From Gammaproteobacteria bacterium (GTDB lineage Bacteria > Pseudomonadota > Gammaproteobacteria > Ga0077536), in contig CAXXLL010000002.1 in assembly GCA_963662545.2 (NCBI GenBank), positions 480,001 to 544,000 on the forward strand: a stretch of 64,000 nt of DNA. The letters are read 5' to 3'. A program made the translations under genes and the position numbers. This document shows positions 58,467-64,000 of this stretch, piece by piece. How positions within the stretch are numbered: position 1 is the first letter of the stretch; every line of letters begins with the position of its first letter. The notes under the pieces were generated by a model. The model made no database searches, was not told the DNA's origin, and worked only from the letters and a program-made list of their open reading frames with translations.

Positions 58467-58574
58467 CGTAATTCTCCTCGTTGAGTGTCACGCTTGGAGC
58501 GTGACGTCACGATTTTACGTCGGGACGCAGAATTCTCCACACGCCCTACGGGATTCGATTGAATCTCGACAATC

Positions 58575-58589
58575 TGGCACGACGATTGC
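58575..58589 (+). promoter_or_regulatory. sigma54 promoter of fliK
   Basis: TGGCACGACGATTGC. Confidence 0.8.
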
Positions 58590-58637
58590 TCTCTCCCGGT
58601 AACCATCGGCAAAACTCCGCTGGTTATCGAATTCATT

Positions 58638-59651
58638 ATGGAACAAATACCCATCGTCATACCGGGCCTAAACGACGTGCAGGGGCTGCATTCCGGCTCG
58701 CTATCGGTTGCGCAAGGCATTGAAATCAATGAATTTGGCGTCTTCATTGCTGAATTTTCCTCGATCGCGGCCGAAATTGATGTAGCGGGCCGTCCGCACA
58801 GCGATACGCCGCTCGCAAGGGATGGTCCCGACGAGCACGGCGGTGACGTCTTGCCGCCCGTGCGGCCGGCTCTTGCCTTTTTGCTACCGGCGGCACTCGG
58901 CGCGATAAGGCCACCGACGGAGGTCGTCGCGGTCGACCACACAAATTCGACGCGCGGCGCCCACTCGACATCTTTATCTTCGATCGATCGGGCAAATAAA
59001 GAGATGGCTGGAAAGCGTCTGGGCGCGTCGCGTAGTTCAGGTCTGAACATCATCGTGCCCCTGACGGAACCGGGCAGTGGCCGCGACCGCGAAGACTTGG
59101 TCGAGATCAAGACGGGAGGTGAAAACGGCCGTGTTGCCACGACCTACCATACGTCTTCGGATCCGACCTCGCCCGCGTCGCTGCATAAGCCCCTGGACTT
59201 TCTGAGCACGATGAATGGAACAACGGCCAAACTTCCGTCCCTGCCCCTTGAACAGCCCGCGGTATTTGCCGAACGCCTGAGTCAGAGTATCTCTGTGATG
59301 CTGACCCACAATGCGCAGCATGCACGGATCGCAGTAACACCGCCCGAACTCGGACCGGTGGACGTGCACGTTACGGTGACCGGGGAAGAAGCGACCGTGC
59401 GGTTGATTTCACCGCTCGCGGCGACGCGCGAAGCGCTCGAAGATGCCCTGCCGCGCCTGCGAATTTTGTTTGCCGACAGCGGCCTCTCGCTGGGTCACGC
59501 CGGCGTTTTCGCCGAGACGCCGGGGCGCGGACACACCGTGCCTGCAGACGGAGACGACGACCCGATGTCCGGCACGACGGGGGCTGCATCGCTCGACGAT
59601 GCCCGCGGGCGTATCCGCATGAAACTCGGCTTGATCGACCAGTTCGTCTAA
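58638..59651 (+). CDS. fliK: Hook-length control FliK
   Basis: PPELGPV, REALEDALPRLR, GLID; low-complexity N-terminus. Confidence 0.88.
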   Translation: MEQIPIVIPGLNDVQGLHSGSLSVAQGIEINEFGVFIAEFSSIAAEIDVAGRPHSDTPLARDGPDEHGGDVLPPVRPALAFLLPAALGAIRPPTEVVAVDHTNSTRGAHSTSLSSIDRANKEMAGKRLGASRSSGLNIIVPLTEPGSGRDREDLVEIKTGGENGRVATTYHTSSDPTSPASLHKPLDFLSTMNGTTAKLPSLPLEQPAVFAERLSQSISVMLTHNAQHARIAVTPPELGPVDVHVTVTGEEATVRLISPLAATREALEDALPRLRILFADSGLSLGHAGVFAETPGRGHTVPADGDDDPMSGTTGAASLDDARGRIRMKLGLIDQFV

Positions 59652-59927
59652 CATTAAGAACTGACGGAAAGCTGTCACCGTGATGCCGTACAGGGCTCTA
59701 TTCTGTCAAGAACTTGGCATGACTATCCGCAGGCGCTCTTCCTGACTCGGCTGAAAAACAAGGATTCGCGCACCGGTTTTTCTGACTCCAGATTTCGTGT
59801 TGCACCCGAAGGCGGTGCGATTGAGTCACGAAATCAACAACCTAGCAGCACGAATTTCACGACCCGTCTGTGCCGCGCCGGTACATCACCCACATCGCTC
59901 GTCGTTTCTACCGTCAATGCTCGACAC

Positions 59928-59943
59928 TGGCATGCCGTTTGCA
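59928..59943 (+). promoter_or_regulatory. sigma54 promoter of fliL operon
   Basis: TGGCATGCCGTTTGCA. Confidence 0.8.
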
Positions 59944-59977
59944 CTTCTCGACACGGACAGTTTTGAGGAGTCTTTCC

Positions 59978-60475
59978 ATGGCCGAGGAGATCGTCGAACA
60001 AGCCCCGCAAACTGGCGGCGGCAAAAAAAAGCTCATCATCATTATCGCGGCATCCACCCTGATCATCATCGCCGCCGCCGTCGGCGTCTCGATGGCGCTC
60101 AGCGGCGGTGACGAGAATACCGAAGCCGGAGCGCAGGACGAACCCAAGCAACCCGAGTTCATTTACGTCGATATCAATCCGGAGTTCGTCATCAACCTGG
60201 TTGATAAGAACAACCGGCCGAAATTTCTGAAGGCTGAAATGTCGGTGGCGACGACGGATCCGGATGTGGAGGAAGCCGTCGCGCTGCACATGCCAGCCAT
60301 CCGCAACAGCCTGGTACTGCTCCTCAGCCGGCAGGTCTATGACAACCTCATACCCCACGAGGGCAAGGAGCAACTCCGCGCGCAGGCGCTCGCCGAGGTC
60401 CAGGCCGTACTTGAGGCCCGCATCGGAAGCTCCGGTGTCGACGAGCTCTACTTTTCCAACTTCGTCATGCACTAG
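59978..60475 (+). CDS. fliL: FliL
   Basis: KKKLIII TM, FVINL, HMPAIR, LYFSNFV. Confidence 0.93.
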   Translation: MAEEIVEQAPQTGGGKKKLIIIIAASTLIIIAAAVGVSMALSGGDENTEAGAQDEPKQPEFIYVDINPEFVINLVDKNNRPKFLKAEMSVATTDPDVEEAVALHMPAIRNSLVLLLSRQVYDNLIPHEGKEQLRAQALAEVQAVLEARIGSSGVDELYFSNFVMH

Positions 60476-60486
60476 GCGTCGAGTCG

Positions 60487-61473
60487 ATGGCGGACACAGA
60501 TCTCTTATCGCAGGATGAAATCGACGCGCTTCTATCGGGGGTCGACAGCGGCGATGTCGGCGCCGAAATAGAGGCGCCAGTCGACGCCGGAGACGCGCAG
60601 ACATACGACTTCACCAGTCAGGACCGTATCGTGCGCGGGCGCATGCCCAACCTCGAGATGATTAACGAACGTTTCGCGCGGGATCTACGCCAGAGCTTGA
60701 TGAACATGGTACGACGTTCGCCTAGCATATCGTTCGAAGGGCTGCAATTCAGTAAGTTCGGGGAATATGTTCAGACCCTGGTAGTGCCCTCCAACCTGAA
60801 TCTCTTTCACATGAAGCCGTTGAAGGGGCCCGGCCTGATCGTCTGCAACCCCAAACTCGTATTCTCGATTGTCGACTGCTTTTTCGGTGGTGAGGGACGC
60901 TTCAGCGGCCGTGCAGAAGGTCGTGATTTCACGATCACCGAAATGCGTATCATCCGCAAGTTCATCGACATCGTGTTCCGGGACCTCGTCGAGGCTTGGG
61001 AGCCGATCATGCCGGTCGAATTCGAGTACGTCGATTCCGAGGTCAATCCCCAGTTCACGAACATCGTTACGTCGAGTGAGATCGTACTCGTTTCAAACTT
61101 TCACATCGATCTCGAAGGCGGCTCGGGTTTCATGCATATCGTCTTGCCTTACTCCATGGTCGAACCAATACGCGATCTGCTCGATTCGGGTGCGCACAAC
61201 GACGGGATCGAGAAAGACGAACTTTGGAGCGAGATCCTGTGCGAAGAGATCAAGTCCGCTAAGGTCAACCTCAATGCAACCCTGACTCATGCGGAACTAA
61301 CCTTGGCCGAAGTTCTAAACTTTAAGCCCGGCGATATCTTCCCGATCGAACTTCCTCAAACCGTCGTCGCGTGCGTTGACGACATCCCGGTATTTCGAGC
61401 TACGTACGGCGCAGCACGCGGCAACGTCGCGCTGAAAGTCGTCGAACCCATTCTCCACGGTGAACTACTGTGA
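60487..61473 (+). CDS. fliM: FliM
   Basis: LSQDEIDALL, YDF, SEVNPQF. Confidence 0.95.
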   Translation: MADTDLLSQDEIDALLSGVDSGDVGAEIEAPVDAGDAQTYDFTSQDRIVRGRMPNLEMINERFARDLRQSLMNMVRRSPSISFEGLQFSKFGEYVQTLVVPSNLNLFHMKPLKGPGLIVCNPKLVFSIVDCFFGGEGRFSGRAEGRDFTITEMRIIRKFIDIVFRDLVEAWEPIMPVEFEYVDSEVNPQFTNIVTSSEIVLVSNFHIDLEGGSGFMHIVLPYSMVEPIRDLLDSGAHNDGIEKDELWSEILCEEIKSAKVNLNATLTHAELTLAEVLNFKPGDIFPIELPQTVVACVDDIPVFRATYGAARGNVALKVVEPILHGELL

Positions 61474-61497
61474 GAATAATGCCTACGGAGCAATCAA

Positions 61498-61941
61498 ATG
61501 AGTGAATCAGAAGTGGCAACCATCGATGAACAGGTCGATGACGCGGTGCCCCCTGCGCCCGATGATGATGGCCTCGACAGTGCCCCAAAGGCAGCGGAGG
61601 GAGCCGCGGTCGATGACGAAGCGGCCGCTGTTGCGCCCGCCGCCATGGACGATCTCGTGCCTGACGACGTCCCTCAGCAAGACGGCGCCCTCGACAATAT
61701 TCTCGATATCTCGGTTACCCTCGCCGTCGAGATTGGAAGTACGCTGATTCCAATTCGAAATCTCCTTCAATTTAATCGGGGTTCGGTCGTCGAACTCGAT
61801 CGGCTGGCTGGCGAACCGCTGGACGTGCTCGTCAACGGTACGCTCATTGCTCACGGCGAGGTCGTGGTGGTCAACGAGAAGTTCGGTATCCGCTTGACGG
61901 ACGTCGTAAGCGCACGGGAACGCGTGCGCAAACTCCAGTGA
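61498..61941 (+). CDS. fliN: FliN
   Basis: GSVVELDRLAGEPLD, GEVVVV. Confidence 0.95.
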   Translation: MSESEVATIDEQVDDAVPPAPDDDGLDSAPKAAEGAAVDDEAAAVAPAAMDDLVPDDVPQQDGALDNILDISVTLAVEIGSTLIPIRNLLQFNRGSVVELDRLAGEPLDVLVNGTLIAHGEVVVVNEKFGIRLTDVVSARERVRKLQ

Positions 61942-61953
61942 CCGGCGATCGTT

Positions 61954-62370
61954 GTGTGCGTAACCTCACGGCATAAAGCGGCCCGCTCCTGGTCGCTCGT
62001 GATTGCCACTGCGCAAGCGTCGCCATGCGCGTGGGCTGATGGCGGCATTCGGCTGGGGTCCGATCAGGCGCTGCAGGTTTTGGCGGGGCTCGCGATCGTC
62101 CTAGCGCTGATTGCCGCCGTCGCCTGGCTGACCCGGCGCCTGCATCGCCTGAGGTCGCCGGGCAGCGGCCATATTCGCATCATCGAAGGTTTGTCGCTCG
62201 GCGCGCGCGAAAAGCTATTACTGATCCAGGTCGACGACCGCCGCGTACTGATCGGGATGTGCCCCGGCCGCATCGCGACCTTGCACGCGTTTCCCGCCGA
62301 TGAACAGCCATTGAATTTCGGGCAAACGCTGGCCGGAGTCGAGCGCGGCGATACGGACGCGGCCGCATGA
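61954..62370 (+). CDS. fliO: FliO
   Basis: TM then [14 protein letters not shown]; start uncertain. Confidence 0.88.
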   Translation: MCVTSRHKAARSWSLVIATAQASPCAWADGGIRLGSDQALQVLAGLAIVLALIAAVAWLTRRLHRLRSPGSGHIRIIEGLSLGAREKLLLIQVDDRRVLIGMCPGRIATLHAFPADEQPLNFGQTLAGVERGDTDAAA

Positions 62371-63104
62371 CGCGAACCATCGTTTTGATCCTGTGTCTCA
62401 GCCTGCCCGGGCTCGTCGCGGCGCAAAGTGGATTCGACGCGGTATCCGTGACGACCAACGGCGACGGCTCGCAGACCTACACGCTGACTCTGCAGGTCCT
62501 CATTCTGATGACCGCCTTGACACTGCTGCCGGCGATCGTTCTCGCCATGACTTCGTTCACACGCATCATCATCGTGCTTGCGATCCTGCGCCAGGCGCTG
62601 GGCACGACGCAAACGCCGTCCAACCAGGTACTCCTCGGCCTCGCCATGTTCATGACCTTCTTCATCATGGCGCCGGTGCTCGACCAGGTGCATCGCGACG
62701 CGGTGACTCCGTACCTAGAGGACGAGCTCAAAGTCGGCGAGGCGCTTGCTCGCGCAGCAGTACCTGTTCGGAATTTCATGACCGAACAAACACGTGAATC
62801 CGATCTGGCGCTCTTTGCCGAACTGGCCGGCGACGAACCTTACCAGGGCCCGGACGACGTGCCGTTCTCGGTGCTCGCGCCGTCGTTCATCACGAGTGAA
62901 CTCAAGACGGCGTTTCAAATTGGATTCTTGATCTTTCTTCCTTTTCTCATCATCGACCTGGTGGTCGCAAGCGTGCTGATGTCGATGGGCATGATGATGC
63001 TCTCGCCGCTGATCATCTCGCTGCCGTTCAAGATCATGCTGTTCGTGCTGGTCGACGGCTGGGCCTTGATCGTGGGCATGCTCGCAGCGAGTTTCTATGC
63101 ATGA
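62367..63104 (+). CDS. fliP: FliP
   Basis: [26 protein letters not shown]. Confidence 0.95.
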   Translation: MTRTIVLILCLSLPGLVAAQSGFDAVSVTTNGDGSQTYTLTLQVLILMTALTLLPAIVLAMTSFTRIIIVLAILRQALGTTQTPSNQVLLGLAMFMTFFIMAPVLDQVHRDAVTPYLEDELKVGEALARAAVPVRNFMTEQTRESDLALFAELAGDEPYQGPDDVPFSVLAPSFITSELKTAFQIGFLIFLPFLIIDLVVASVLMSMGMMMLSPLIISLPFKIMLFVLVDGWALIVGMLAASFYA

Positions 63105-63370
63105 CGCCTGAAACCGTCATCACCGTCGGTCACCGGGCGCTCGAGCTGACGATCGTCCTCATGGGCTTGCTGCTCGGTCCGGCACTCGCAGTCGGCCTTT
63201 TGATCAGCTTGTTTCAGGCGGCCACCCAGATCAACGAGATGACACTGAGCTTTATCCCCAAGCTCCTGGTCACGGTCGGCGTACTGATGTTCGGCGGCCC
63301 TTTCATCATAAAGGTGTTGACCGATTACACGGTTAGGCTCTACCAGTCGATCCCGGGGCTCATCGGATGA
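63101..63370 (+). CDS. fliQ: FliQ
   Basis: [16 protein letters not shown]. Confidence 0.95.
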   Translation: MTPETVITVGHRALELTIVLMGLLLGPALAVGLLISLFQAATQINEMTLSFIPKLLVTVGVLMFGGPFIIKVLTDYTVRLYQSIPGLIG

Positions 63371-63389
63371 TGGCAATGGAGCGGGGAGC

Positions 63390-64000
63390 TTGATCGCCGT
63401 CACTGAAGCCACCGTGTTGCAACTGCTCGCAAGCTGGATGTGGCCGTTCATGCGCATCGCCGGATTCGCCATGACCGCGCCCGTCATTGGCACGCGCGCG
63501 GTGCCTATGCGCATACGACTGATCTTCGCGCTATCGTTGACCGGCGTGCTGGCGCCGGTGGTCGCGCCCACCGCAGGGATCGATCCGCTGGCCGCGGAAG
63601 GCCTGTTGACCGGCGCGCACCAGATCGTCGTCGGTGCCACCATCGGGCTCGTCATGCGCCTGTTGTTTTTCGTGTTCGAATTTGCGGGCCAGGTCGTGGC
63701 GCAGCAAATGGGCCTCGGCTTTGCCTCGCTGATCGATCCGCAGACCGGCGCGCAGGTCCCGGTGCTCGCCCAGTTCTATATCATCCTGGCGACCTTGCTA
63801 TTCTTCGTGATGGACGCACATTTGGCGCTGATCGCCCTGCTGGCCGAGAGCTTCGAGGTACTGCCGATTGGGCCGGCCGGGATCACCCAGGCCGGCGCGG
63901 GGATCGTCATCGAGTGGTCGGCTGATCTGATCGCCACAGCGTTGCTGCTCGGGCTCCCGATTCTGGTCGCACTGCTGGCGATCAATTTCGGACTCGGGGT
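63390..64000 (+). CDS. fliR: FliR (partial, runs off window)
   Basis: Manual translation: WPFMRIAG..AP..VP.RIR, AGQVVAQQMGLGFASLIDP. Confidence 0.92.
   Translation, partial: MIAVTEATVLQLLASWMWPFMRIAGFAMTAPVIGTRAVPMRIRLIFALSLTGVLAPVVAPTAGIDPLAAEGLLTGAHQIVVGATIGLVMRLLFFVFEFAGQVVAQQMGLGFASLIDPQTGAQVPVLAQFYIILATLLFFVMDAHLALIALLAESFEVLPIGPAGITQAGAGIVIEWSADLIATALLLGLPILVALLAINFGLG

Overview
A gammaproteobacterial chromosome segment, judged from its FleQ/FleS/FleR sigma54 flagellar hierarchy. It has four blocks. (1) 1-3.7 kb: 3' end of an M20 peptidase, a SCO protein, and a heavy-metal efflux operon (His-rich RAPP-ending leader, TolC/CzcC, truncated CzcB-like adaptor). (2) About 3.7-20.7 kb: a decaying capsid-less phage-satellite-like integrative element on the 5' side of tRNA-Thr(CGT). 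It carries a C4-like antisense RNA cassette, PEP-CTERM-type cargo, a FimB-like recombinase, AlpA, a primase Zn finger, DUF3987 with a nonsense codon, DUF5681, DUF4224 and an integrase. Three IS elements have inserted: a passenger-carrying IS1595 in an upstream gene, and an ISNCY-type element and an IS66 in the integrase. (3) 20.8-33.4 kb: porin, Ser/Thr kinase, NupC, an FHA domain fused to an IS3-OrfA-like HTH, an archaeal-type F420-dependent Mtd, HiPIP, a DapA-family remnant and an ArsS/TIGR04283/TIGR04282 cluster. (4) 33.4-64 kb: flagellar cluster (ycgR, flgN-M-A, flgB-L, fleQSR, fliE-R) lacking fliC/fliD/fliS and interrupted by a UDP-glucuronate decarboxylase. Three copies of a ~162-bp IS5-like MITE are dispersed. 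Best leads: the FHA-OrfA fusion, the bacterial F420-Mtd, the satellite architecture and the RAPP leader. All family calls come from manual motif recognition; no database searches were run.
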